A stretch of 64,000 nucleotides of DNA, taken from assembly GCF_036245865.1 (NCBI RefSeq), contig NZ_BTTW01000008.1, positions 160,396 to 224,395 of the forward strand. The letters run 5' to 3'. Position 1 is the stretch's first letter. Each line of letters opens with the position of its first letter. Shown piece by piece: positions 1 to 9,203 of the stretch. The position numbers and the translations under genes are program-made. The stretch is from Corallococcus caeni (GTDB lineage Bacteria > Myxococcota > Myxococcia > Myxococcales > Myxococcaceae). The notes beneath the pieces are model-generated. The model did no database searches, was not told the origin of the DNA, and saw only the letters and a list, made by a program, of their open reading frames with translations.

Positions 1-595
1 CCCCGGCTGGCTCACGGAGCTGGTGTCCCAGGCGCAGCGCCCGGAGGTGGGCGCGGTGGGCGCGAAGCTCCTCTTCCCCGAGGGCACCGTGCAGCACGCG
101 GGCATCGTCGTGGGAATGACGGGCATGGCGGGCCACCCCTTCTGGCGCCTGCCGGACGGGCCCATCGTCACGCCCTTCGGCCACACGGAGTGGGTGCGCA
201 ACTGGCTGTCCGTCACCAGCGCGTGCGTGATGATCCGCCGGCCCCTCTTTGACGCGCTGGGCGGCTTCGACGAGCGCTTCCTGCTGTGCGGCAGCGACGT
301 GGACCTGGGCCTGCGGCTGCACACCCGGGGCCTGCGCGTGGTGTGCACGCCGTTCGCGCGCGTGGTGCACCATGAGTCCGCCAGCCGCCGCACGGACGCC
401 ATTCCAGAGCCGGACTACTGGCGCTCCTTCACGTCGTACCGGCCGTGGCTGCTCAAGGGCGACCCCTACTACAACCCCAACCTCACCCTCCTGTCGGGGG
501 ACTGCGACCTGCGCCGCCACCCCGAGGACGGCGAGGCGCTGGCGGTGCGCACGCTGGCCCACGAAGTGCCCAGCGCACGGCGCCCGCCAACGTGA
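1..595 (+). CDS. Glycosyltransferase (GT2-like), C-terminal fragment; 5' end lies outside the window
   Basis: The ORF runs in from the window edge (track ORF 23..595). The translation resembles family-2 glycosyltransferase C-terminal regions. Confidence 0.55.
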   Translation, partial: PGWLTELVSQAQRPEVGAVGAKLLFPEGTVQHAGIVVGMTGMAGHPFWRLPDGPIVTPFGHTEWVRNWLSVTSACVMIRRPLFDALGGFDERFLLCGSDVDLGLRLHTRGLRVVCTPFARVVHHESASRRTDAIPEPDYWRSFTSYRPWLLKGDPYYNPNLTLLSGDCDLRRHPEDGEALAVRTLAHEVPSARRPPT

Positions 596-752
596 CGGCG
601 CGCTTGCGCGAGGGCAGTCTGGGCGAGCAGGCCTCGCGATTCGTCGCGGTGCGGCTTCCCCAAGGGTGAGGCCGGTCGCCTGGTGGGGCCAACCGCCGGA
701 AGCCGAAGGTCAGAAGTCAGAATCGCCCCGTCCCGGGTGCACTGCCGCGCGC

Positions 753-1241
753 ATGCAGGTCCTCGCAATGACAGCCCCGCGGGCGGTCTGGTTCCAGGCA
801 TGCGACTTGCTCAAGGGACAGGGCATGCCGACGCGAATGTTGATTGTGGAGGACGAGGCATCTCTGCGCTGGGCGCTCAACCGGTACTTCACCCTTCGCG
901 GCTATGAGGTCATCTGCGCGGAGAACATCGCCGAGGCCCTGGAAACTGTCTCCGTCGCGAAGACTCCCTTCCATGTCGTCCTGACCGACCTTCACTTCGA
1001 GGGTCGGTCCTGCGAGGACGGCCTGGAACTGGTGAAGTGCCTGAAGCCTCTCATGCCCCAGCTGCGCTTCATCTTGTTGACGGCCTCCCTGGAGGAAGAC
1101 CTCCGCGAGCGCGCCCGCACCGCGGGTGTGGACGTCGCCCTCGTGAAGCCCCAGCGCCTTCCCACGCTGGAAAGCTACATCGCGGCCTTCACCAGCCCTG
1201 CCCAGCTCTCGGCGCCTGAATCCATGCCCGCGGCATCGTGA
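753..1241 (+). CDS. Single-domain response regulator (receiver only)
   Basis: Track ORF 249..1241 with an internal ATG at 753 (MQVLAMT; alternative start at 825, MPTRMLIVEDE). It has the receiver hallmarks LIVEDE...D...K. Confidence 0.7.
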   Translation: MQVLAMTAPRAVWFQACDLLKGQGMPTRMLIVEDEASLRWALNRYFTLRGYEVICAENIAEALETVSVAKTPFHVVLTDLHFEGRSCEDGLELVKCLKPLMPQLRFILLTASLEEDLRERARTAGVDVALVKPQRLPTLESYIAAFTSPAQLSAPESMPAAS

Positions 1242-1570
1242 GATTGGCTTGCACACGAGGGCGCGGTGGAGTCCTCGTCACCCTGCAGGCGCACCACGAA
1301 GTCGCCAGGGGTGATGACATCCGCGTCGCTGAAGGGCCGCGACACCCTGCCCCGCGAGTGGCCGTTGAGCAGCGTGCCGTTGCGACTGCCCAGGTCGCTG
1401 ACGCGCAGCCCGTTGTCGGTGGCGACCAGGCGGGCATGCCGCCGGGACACAGGGTCCGACGGCAGGACCACGTCGTTGTCGGGCGCGCGCCCCAGGACGA
1501 GCGTCGCGCCCGCGACCCGCGGGTGCTTGCGCGGAGGGCGCAGCGGACCGGAGATGATGCTGTTCCACAT
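1175..1570 (-). CDS. FHA-domain protein
   Basis: The 131-aa ORF contains the FHA motifs LGRAPDNDVVLPSDPVSRRHARL and NGTLLNG. It is divergent from the downstream kinase and its tail overlaps the response-regulator 3' end. Confidence 0.65.
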   Translation of the reverse strand: MWNSIISGPLRPPRKHPRVAGATLVLGRAPDNDVVLPSDPVSRRHARLVATDNGLRVSDLGSRNGTLLNGHSRGRVSRPFSDADVITPGDFVVRLQGDEDSTAPSCASQSHDAAGMDSGAESWAGLVKAAM

Positions 1571-1768
1571 GCGCTCCCGTCCCTTTGCATGAGCCGGACA
1601 CGGCCAGGGAGGTGTGGGCGTGCTCCGAGCAGACGGGAAGGCCCCGTCGGGTCATTTTTCGCGGCAGGTCGTCCCAGCCCCGGTAGCGCGTGAACGAAGG
1701 TCTCACTCCGCGCGCAACGCCCGGAGTGGGGCCCATGGCCATGCTCTTGCACACCCATTCCTCGCGCC

Positions 1769-4339
1769 ATGGCGGCTCCTCCCTCTTCCTCGTATGGCTT
1801 CGACACGCTTCCCTGCGCTCCGGCCGACTCCCGGTCGGAGACGGTGGCGGGCGTGGCGCGTCCGTCCGTCGGCGCCTTCCCGGAGTGGGAGCCGCCTCCC
1901 CACTTCGACGGCTACCAGGTGCTCCGGTGCGTGGGCCGCGGAACCATGGGGCAGGTCTTCCTCGCGCACGACACGGTGCTGGACCGGCCAGTGGCGCTCA
2001 AGCTCCTCACCGCGGGGGGGGCGGACGCGGCGGAGCGTGAGCGGCTCCTGGTTGAGGCGCGCGCCGTCGCGAGGCTCCAGCACCCGAACGTCGTCACCCT
2101 CTACCGCGTGGGCGAGGTGGAGGGGCGGCCGTACCTCGCCTGTGAGTTCGTACGGGGGCATGGCCTGGACGCGCTGCCGCTGCCGCTGCCCGCGGCCCAG
2201 GTGGTGAAGATTGGCCTCGACCTGGCGCGTGGCCTCGCCGCGGCGCACCGCCGGGGCGTGCTGCACCGGGACCTGAAGCCCGCCAACGCCATCCTCGCGG
2301 ACTCGGGGGAGGTGAAGCTGCTCGACTTCGGCCTGGCGAAGCTGGTGGAGGCCGGGTCCGACCCCGCGCTCACGGACGACTCAAGCCTGGTGGGCACGCC
2401 GGCGTACATGGCGCCCGAGCTGTGGCGGGGCGAGCCGGCGTCGGTCCAGTCCGACATCTATTCGCTCGGGGCGCTCCTCTATCACCTGTGCTCGGGGCGG
2501 CCGCCCCACGTGGGGGCCACCCTCCATGCCCTGGTGACCCAGGTGCTACGCGAGGCGCCCTCGCCCCTGGAGGGCGTGGAGCGCGCGCTGGCGGAGCCCA
2601 TCCTCCGCTGCCTCCGCAAGACGCCCGGCGAGCGGTTCCCCCTGGCGGACGCGCTGTGCGAGGTGTTGGAAGGGCTGTCGCCCGAGCGCCGGCACCTGGC
2701 GCTGCCCGAGGGAAACCCCTACCGCGGGTTGCAGTCCTTCGAAGCGCAGCACCGCGCGCTGTTCTTCGGCCGCGACGCGGAGATGCGTGCGCTGCTCGAG
2801 CGCTTGCGCACCGAGCCGTTCCTCCTGGTCGCCGGCACCTCGGGCCTGGGCAAGTCCTCGCTCTGCAGCGCGGGAGTCCTCCCCCGGGTGAGGGAAGGGG
2901 CCCTCGACGGAAGCGGACGAGGCGGCGGAGGACGTGTCTGGGCGGTCGCCACTCTCACCCCCGGCAAGCGTCCCCTGCGGGCCCTGGCCGCCGCGATGGC
3001 GCAGCACCTCAAGGAGGACGAGGAGGCCCTCGCGCTGCGGCTGGGCGGCGAGTGGCGGGACGTCACCCGGGAGCTGCGCCGCCGTGCCCGCCAGGGTGCG
3101 CCGCTCTGCGTCTTCCTGGACCAGCTGGAGGAACTCGTCACCCTCAGCGCACCGGACGAGGCGCGGCGGATGGCGGAGGTGCTCGAGGACCTCGCGGTGC
3201 CGGGGCCGGGACTGCGCGTGCTCGCAACCTGCCGCGCTGACTTCATCGCGAGGCTCGCTTCGCTGCCGGGCATGGGAGACTCCATCAACCGGGGACTCTT
3301 CCTGCTGAGGCCGCTGTCACCCGAAGGCCTCCGCGCCGCCGTGGTGGGCCCCGCTCGCGCCATGGGTGTGGAGTTCGAGTCGGACGCCATGGTGGAGGAG
3401 TTCGTGGAGGCGGCGTCCCGCGCCGAGGGTGCGCTGCCCCTCCTCCAGTTCGCCCTGGCCGAGCTGTGGGAGGCCCGCGACACCGGCCGGCGCGTCATCA
3501 CCGCGACGGCGCTGACGGCCGTGGGCGGCGTGGTGGGCGCGCTGGCCCGGCACGCGGACGCGGTCGTGGCGCACCTGCCCCCGGAGCATCGCACCGCCGC
3601 CCGCCGCCAGCTGCTCGCGCTGGTGACGCTGGAGGGCACGCGCGCCCGGCGCACCGAGGCGGAGCTGCTCGACGGCACCCCCCAGGCCAGGGCCGCCCTG
3701 GCGGCGCTCGTCCGGGGACGGCTGCTCACGGTGGGGGAGGCACCCGAGGGGGCCATGTACGAAGTCACCCACGAGGCGCTCATCCAGTCCTGGCCGCTCC
3801 TGCGCCAGTGGCTGAAGGAGGACGCGGAGCTGCGCGTGCTCCGGGAGCGGCTCGCGGTGGCCGCCGCCGAGTGGGAGCGGCTGGGCCGCCGGCGGGAGGC
3901 CGTCTGGGGGCCACGCCAGCTCGCGGAAGCGGCCCTGCTGCCGACGTCGGAGCTGCCGGAGCGGGAGCGGGACTTCGTCGCGGCCAGCCATCAGGTCATC
4001 CACCGCGGACGGGTGGTGCGCGTGGGCCTCTCGCTCTGCGGACTCCTGATGCTCAGCGTGGTGCTGGCCGGCGTGCGCTACCGCGGCCAGGTCCGGGAGC
4101 TCGCGCGGGCCCAGCTGGCTGAAAGGCAGCACCAGACCTCCAGGCGCGACGAGCTGCTGTCGCGCCTGGCCGCCCACGATATGGAGGGGGACGGCAGCGA
4201 GGCGCGGGTCCTTGGCCGGACGCCGGTGTCCGTCCCCCAGCTCGCGCCGGGACACTACGTGCTCACCCCCGCGCCCCTGCACCCCGTGAAGGGCGGCGCG
4301 TCCTTCATCACCCGCTTCGAGACGACCTTCGGCGAATAG
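1769..4339 (+). CDS. Ser/Thr protein kinase fused to a STAND/AAA+ NTPase domain, with a transmembrane segment near the C-terminus
   Basis: The 856-aa protein has a Hanks kinase N-terminus (GxGxxG, HRDLKPAN, DFG, APE). A P-loop NTPase follows (GTSGLGKSS). Later there is a hydrophobic helix (VGLSLCGLLMLSVVLAGV) and a C-terminal region. Confidence 0.85.
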   Translation: MAAPPSSSYGFDTLPCAPADSRSETVAGVARPSVGAFPEWEPPPHFDGYQVLRCVGRGTMGQVFLAHDTVLDRPVALKLLTAGGADAAERERLLVEARAVARLQHPNVVTLYRVGEVEGRPYLACEFVRGHGLDALPLPLPAAQVVKIGLDLARGLAAAHRRGVLHRDLKPANAILADSGEVKLLDFGLAKLVEAGSDPALTDDSSLVGTPAYMAPELWRGEPASVQSDIYSLGALLYHLCSGRPPHVGATLHALVTQVLREAPSPLEGVERALAEPILRCLRKTPGERFPLADALCEVLEGLSPERRHLALPEGNPYRGLQSFEAQHRALFFGRDAEMRALLERLRTEPFLLVAGTSGLGKSSLCSAGVLPRVREGALDGSGRGGGGRVWAVATLTPGKRPLRALAAAMAQHLKEDEEALALRLGGEWRDVTRELRRRARQGAPLCVFLDQLEELVTLSAPDEARRMAEVLEDLAVPGPGLRVLATCRADFIARLASLPGMGDSINRGLFLLRPLSPEGLRAAVVGPARAMGVEFESDAMVEEFVEAASRAEGALPLLQFALAELWEARDTGRRVITATALTAVGGVVGALARHADAVVAHLPPEHRTAARRQLLALVTLEGTRARRTEAELLDGTPQARAALAALVRGRLLTVGEAPEGAMYEVTHEALIQSWPLLRQWLKEDAELRVLRERLAVAAAEWERLGRRREAVWGPRQLAEAALLPTSELPERERDFVAASHQVIHRGRVVRVGLSLCGLLMLSVVLAGVRYRGQVRELARAQLAERQHQTSRRDELLSRLAAHDMEGDGSEARVLGRTPVSVPQLAPGHYVLTPAPLHPVKGGASFITRFETTFGE

Positions 4340-4808
4340 CTCGACGACCTCGAGGCGCGCGGCGCGGACGGGCGCGCCTACCCCCACGGCGAGCAGGTGC
4401 TGCCCGCGGACGCCCACTTCGACGAGACGTACCGGCGGCAGCCCCTGGCCACGAGCCCGGCGAGTCATTACCGGAATCGAGTCGAAGGATGCTCAGACAG
4501 TGGATGCTCGGACTGGCCTTCGGGCGGCGGGCTGCAACGCGGTGGATGGCCAGGAGCGGTTCGATGAGGCCGGGAGCACCCGCTCCCAGTCCCCGGAGGT
4601 GGCCCGCGGCACGGCGCTCAACGGCCACGAGCTGAATGGCCGCGAGCTCAACGGCACCCAGCTCAGCGGGCGCGAGTTGGACGGCACTTCAGCTGACTGG
4701 AGGAAGAAGGGCGGGCGGCTCCGCGCCCTCTCGAATGCAGGAACACCGGGTGGCCTGATGAGGGCCCACCCGGTGTCCTGGCAATCCGGTGCGTCGCGGA
4801 CGGGCGCG

Positions 4809-7727
4809 CTACGGCGTGTGAGAGCCCATGTACTGGAACGTGCCCGTGGGGAACAGGTTCCACTCGGTTGCGTCGAAGCGCGCGGCGCCAATGCCGATGC
4901 CGGGATTGCGCACCAGGGTCCCCCCCAGCGGCAGGATGTCGCCGCGGGCCGAGTTGCTGGGGTCGCCCAGCACGTCCACCGTCTGCCCATCACGCGTGAG
5001 CACCATGGCCGTGGTGACCAGCCCGTTCAAGCGCAGCGTCACCTCGTCGTTGTAGTACATCGCGGACGTCACATCGAAGAAGTCGTAGAACTGCGCATCG
5101 ATGGCGACGTGCACCATGCCCGCCCAGGTTTCGGACAGCGGGACGTTGACGATGTTCATCCGGCCGTTCGCGCTGTCCCACTGGTGCAGCTCGAGCACGT
5201 AGCCCTCGGCCATCGTGTTCGGCTCGCCCGCGTAGTAGAGCTCCACCGCGAGCCGGTTGTCGCCCGCATCGAGGAACTCCGAGAAGAACAGCGTCGGGTC
5301 GCTCACGGTCACCGCGAAGCGCTGCTCGGCCGTGCCGCCGTGGCCGTCATCCGCGTGCACGGTGACGTGAGCGATGCCCAGGCCCGCCCCCGAGAGGGTC
5401 ACCATCCCGTTGCTCACGCTCGCGCCCGTCACCTGCGGCGCATCGCTGCTCACGGTGAAGGTGAGCGGGTCGCCGTCCTCGTCGGTGAAGAAGTCCGCAG
5501 CCGCGAACGTGCGCGTGTTGCCGGGGACGATGAGCCGGTCCGCGATCGGCGCGGCCACGGGCACATGGTTGGGCGGCGCCTCCACGACGGTGAGGGTGAG
5601 CGGCTCGCTGCTCGCGCGCAACTGGCTCGCGTCGACCGCGACGACGCTGAAGGTGTGCTCGCCGAGGCTCGCGCCCTGGACGGTGAACGTCGCGGTGTAG
5701 CCGCCAGTGCCCTCGCTCGCGCTCTGCGTGTCGAGCAACTGCGCGCCGTCATAAAGCTCGAAGGACGCCACGCGGTCGTTGTCGGCCGCGGCGGCGATGA
5801 GGGTGAGGGGCGTGCCCTCCGCGACCTCGGTCACCGCGCTCCCCAGGACGACCGTGGTCGGCGCGGTGACGTCCTCCCGGTTGAAGGCCACGCTCAGGAG
5901 CGCCCGCTGCCCGGCGGCCACCACCGTGCTCGCGCCGCTCACCGCCGGGCGGTATCGCCAGCCGGCATCGGAGAACTCCACGGTGGTCAGCGAGTAGTCA
6001 CCCGGGACGAGGTCGCGCAGGAGGGTGCCGTCCTGGCCCTGGAAGGACTGGCCGTCAGGGCCGGCCACCGTCACGGACTGGCTCGAGGGCACGCCCTGGA
6101 GCGCCACTTCGAGCAGGCCGGTCACCGCGTGGTACGCGACCTCGGGCTCCGCCGTCTGGCCGGCGGCGAGCGTGAAACTCCCCGCGCTCACGGTTGCCGC
6201 GTACTGGTACGTGCCATCGCTCGCGCGAGCCGCCGTGAGGACGTAGTCACCGGGCACCAGGTGCTCGAGCATGAAGGTGCCGCCCTCGTGAAGTGTCCGG
6301 GTGTATCCCTCCGGCCCGGTGAGCGTCACGTCCGGGGTGATGGCCGTCACCGTCACCGTCAGCCGCACACGCGAGTCGATGACGGCGAACGTCAGCGTGG
6401 GCGTTGCCGTCTCGCCCGCGCGGATCTCGAGCGGCACCGGCGCGGCGCGGTAGGTGAATCCATCGAACTCCACGTCCGCGCCCGAGAGGACGTACGCGCC
6501 CGGCGCGAGGTCGCCCAGCTGCCCGTTCACGGGCAGCGCGACAGGGTCCGCGCCGGCGGCCCCGAGCTTCAGGAGGGTGCTCGCTCCCTGCGGCAGGCCG
6601 GTGGAGCTCGCGACCAGGTGACCGGTGGAGGCCCGGTACGTGACGGTGAGCTGCCGCGTCTCCCCGGCCACCAGCGTGAAGTTCGCCTCGCTGAGTGCGG
6701 GCGTGTATTGGTAGGTGCCATCCGTCGCCGGCACGGCCGACAGGCCGTACTCGCCGGGCGCGAGGGCGCTGAGCGTGACGTCACCCGCCTGCGTGAATGT
6801 GGCCGAGTAGCCATGGGGGCCGCTCAGGGTCACGCTGGGGGTGATGCCGCTCACCGCGGGGATGCTCACGGCGATGCGAGCGTCGATGGCGGCGAACACC
6901 AGCGTGGCCGTGGCGATTTCACCGACCTTCACCTCGAAGACGACCGGAGCGGCGCGGTAGGTGATGCCACCGGACTTCACGTCGGGCGCCTTGAGGGTGA
7001 AGGTCCCCGGGGTCAGGTTGTCCACCATGTTGCCCGCCGGGATGCGAAAGGTGGCCCCCTGCGCATTCTGCAGCCTGAGGGACGCGCTCGCGCCGCTCGG
7101 CAGGCCGGTCGAGCCCAACTGCGCGGCACCGCTGAGCGTCATGCCGCCGGACGCCGCGGTCTGCCCCGCGCTCACGGTGACGCTGCTGGACTGCCCGACA
7201 GGGCCGCTGATGTTGTAGGTGCCGGGCGTGAGGTCCTCCAGCTTGTAGGTGCCGCTGCCGGTCAGGGTCTGGCTGTAGCCGCCCGGGCCGCTCACCGTGA
7301 CGGACGTGACGGGCTCGGCGGCGGCGGCATGGCCGCGGCGGGCCATGGCCTCGACAGCCGCGTTGCCGTCCGCGCTCACGGTGACCACCAGCGCGCCGGT
7401 GATGGGGACGTAAGCGATGTCGAGCGTGGGTGTCTCGCCCGCGCTGACCGTGAGGGTGAGGGGAGGCGCCGCGAAGGTGTACCCATCCTGCTTATAGGGC
7501 TCGCCCGTCACCGTGTACGTCCCGGGGGGCAGTTGGAGCTGGCCGGTCGCATCGACGCGATAGACCTGCCCGTCGGCGCCGGTGAGGGTCACCCGGGTGA
7601 GCACCTCCTCGGGGGCGGAGATGGTGACGACGGCATTGGCATTGCCAATGACAACGGGGGCGGGCGCTTGACCGCAGGCGGTAAGCAGGAGGAGGGCCGT
7701 GAGGAACAGCAGGGATGTGCGCTTCAT
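4809..7727 (-). CDS. Large surface lipoprotein with tandem Ig-like repeats and a lamin-tail-like (LTD) C-terminal domain
   Basis: The track ORF is 4809..7802 and the likely start is the internal MKRTSLLFLTALLLLTACG (lipobox LTAC). At least seven repeats of about 85 aa follow the pattern VT(L/V)xGPxGY...LxPGxYxL. Confidence 0.8.
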   Translation of the reverse strand: MKRTSLLFLTALLLLTACGQAPAPVVIGNANAVVTISAPEEVLTRVTLTGADGQVYRVDATGQLQLPPGTYTVTGEPYKQDGYTFAAPPLTLTVSAGETPTLDIAYVPITGALVVTVSADGNAAVEAMARRGHAAAAEPVTSVTVSGPGGYSQTLTGSGTYKLEDLTPGTYNISGPVGQSSSVTVSAGQTAASGGMTLSGAAQLGSTGLPSGASASLRLQNAQGATFRIPAGNMVDNLTPGTFTLKAPDVKSGGITYRAAPVVFEVKVGEIATATLVFAAIDARIAVSIPAVSGITPSVTLSGPHGYSATFTQAGDVTLSALAPGEYGLSAVPATDGTYQYTPALSEANFTLVAGETRQLTVTYRASTGHLVASSTGLPQGASTLLKLGAAGADPVALPVNGQLGDLAPGAYVLSGADVEFDGFTYRAAPVPLEIRAGETATPTLTFAVIDSRVRLTVTVTAITPDVTLTGPEGYTRTLHEGGTFMLEHLVPGDYVLTAARASDGTYQYAATVSAGSFTLAAGQTAEPEVAYHAVTGLLEVALQGVPSSQSVTVAGPDGQSFQGQDGTLLRDLVPGDYSLTTVEFSDAGWRYRPAVSGASTVVAAGQRALLSVAFNREDVTAPTTVVLGSAVTEVAEGTPLTLIAAAADNDRVASFELYDGAQLLDTQSASEGTGGYTATFTVQGASLGEHTFSVVAVDASQLRASSEPLTLTVVEAPPNHVPVAAPIADRLIVPGNTRTFAAADFFTDEDGDPLTFTVSSDAPQVTGASVSNGMVTLSGAGLGIAHVTVHADDGHGGTAEQRFAVTVSDPTLFFSEFLDAGDNRLAVELYYAGEPNTMAEGYVLELHQWDSANGRMNIVNVPLSETWAGMVHVAIDAQFYDFFDVTSAMYYNDEVTLRLNGLVTTAMVLTRDGQTVDVLGDPSNSARGDILPLGGTLVRNPGIGIGAARFDATEWNLFPTGTFQYMGSHTP

Positions 7728-7975
7728 GGATGGGTCTCGGTCTGTGAACTGACTGCGACCCGCGCTTGAGCAAGGAGCGCACCAGGGGAATTTTGAGGGC
7801 AACGCTGGATCCGGCGCGCCGGGGCTGGTGCGCCGGAACCGGGTCGTTCTCCGATGTCCATGGAAAATGACCCGCCAGGACTGTCAGGAATTGGCCGGCC
7901 GCTGGGGGCAAACCAGACACGGGCTCGCGGTGCTGAAGGCCTGTCACTTCACGGTACGGCGTTTGCTCTGGCCTC

Positions 7976-8731
7976 GTGGCCATGAGCTCCCGGGGTGTGG
8001 ATTCCAATTCGCGGTGCCGACGCCGTCCTGCTTCGGCAGGTGGGCAGCCGCGCGAGCGGGGCTTCGCCCTGCTCGGAGCCCTGGGAGTCACCCTTGCGCT
8101 CACATTGGCGGTGACCATCACCTGGCGCATGGTGCGCCAGGAGGCCGACGTCCAGGGTGACCTGCGCCGACAGAAGGAGGCGTTCTTCGCGGCGGAGGCG
8201 GGACTGGCGGAAGGGCGCGAGACGATGCGCCTGCTGCTCGGGAACGCGGAGACCTACAACCCGGCCATCACCGCGCTCGGCGCTCCCGCGAGCGAGCCAG
8301 GACTCGGCTCCCCGACGCAGCCCTGGTACGACGTGCTGCCAGGCGCCAGCAGTGCTGGCGACGGCTGGACCCCGTACGCGCTCACCCCGGAGGACATGGC
8401 GCCCTCGGAGCTGGCGAGCGGGAGCGGAGACGTCTACGCGGACTACCCGCGTCAGGCGAACGTCCGCTACCGGGTCTTCGTCCACGACGACGCGGACGAC
8501 GGCGACTTCACCGAGGACAGCAACCGTCAGGTCTGGCTCGTCGCCGTGGGAGAGGTGGTCGGCGGCAGCGGGCGTCCCACGCGCGCCGTGGTCCAGGCCC
8601 TCATCACCAACGACAACGCCCAGCAGCTCACGGGCCCCGGTTGCGTGAACCGGGGCTGCGGTCCCAGCAACTCCTTCAACAACACCCAGGACCGCCAGGC
8701 GCCGGCCACCCAGACGGTCCGCTTCTTCTGA
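7976..8731 (+). CDS. PilX-like type IV pilus minor pilin / assembly protein (PilX_N-type N-terminus)
   Basis: A hydrophobic N-terminal helix (RGFALLGALGVTLALTLAVTI) is followed by EAFFAAEAGL, which is typical of PilX_N. The gene sits directly upstream of pilY1-like and minor pilin genes. The exact start is uncertain. Confidence 0.55.
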   Translation: MAMSSRGVDSNSRCRRRPASAGGQPRERGFALLGALGVTLALTLAVTITWRMVRQEADVQGDLRRQKEAFFAAEAGLAEGRETMRLLLGNAETYNPAITALGAPASEPGLGSPTQPWYDVLPGASSAGDGWTPYALTPEDMAPSELASGSGDVYADYPRQANVRYRVFVHDDADDGDFTEDSNRQVWLVAVGEVVGGSGRPTRAVVQALITNDNAQQLTGPGCVNRGCGPSNSFNNTQDRQAPATQTVRFF

Positions 8732-8759
8732 GGATTGCAAAGACATGCATGCGGCATCC

Positions 8760-9203
8760 ATGCGAGCTCATCTGATTCCCTGGCTCCTCCTGCTCGCGCC
8801 GCTCGCCCGCGCGGAGAACCGGGGAGAGGACTTGTTCAACCAGGCGTGCTCGCGCTGTCACATCGCCCAGGCAGCGACGCGGGCCTCGCCCACCTCGGGA
8901 CTCGTCGGGGCCTCCAAGGGCAGTGGCCCCAACCTGGGCGAGCTGATGCCTCGCCGCACCTACGAACAGGTCCGCGCGTGGATCCAGGCGCCCCAGCGGC
9001 AACGGCCCGAAACGGGGTGCGACACCCGCATGCTGGCGCCCTCGGACGTGGGCGCGCTCATGTCCTATCTCGCCACTGTCTCGCAGCCTCCCGAACCGCC
9101 GCGGGCGGAGCGGTTGCGGCAGGAACTGGCGCAGCAGGTTGCCGAGCGGCGTGCCCGGCAACGACAGGCCGGGACGAGCACCGGCTCGAAGGAGCCGCGA
9201 TGA
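8760..9203 (+). CDS. Secreted class I c-type cytochrome
   Basis: It has a signal peptide (MRAHLIPWLLLLAPLARA) and a single CSRCH heme-binding motif preceded by DLFNQA. The stop overlaps the pilY1-like start (ATGA). Confidence 0.65.
   Translation: MRAHLIPWLLLLAPLARAENRGEDLFNQACSRCHIAQAATRASPTSGLVGASKGSGPNLGELMPRRTYEQVRAWIQAPQRQRPETGCDTRMLAPSDVGALMSYLATVSQPPEPPRAERLRQELAQQVAERRARQRQAGTSTGSKEPR

Noticed and set aside
4500-7769. 1089-aa plus-strand ORF
   Set aside because: It is antisense to the Ig-repeat lipoprotein gene. The product is Arg/Gly/Ala-rich low-complexity sequence typical of high-GC antisense frames.
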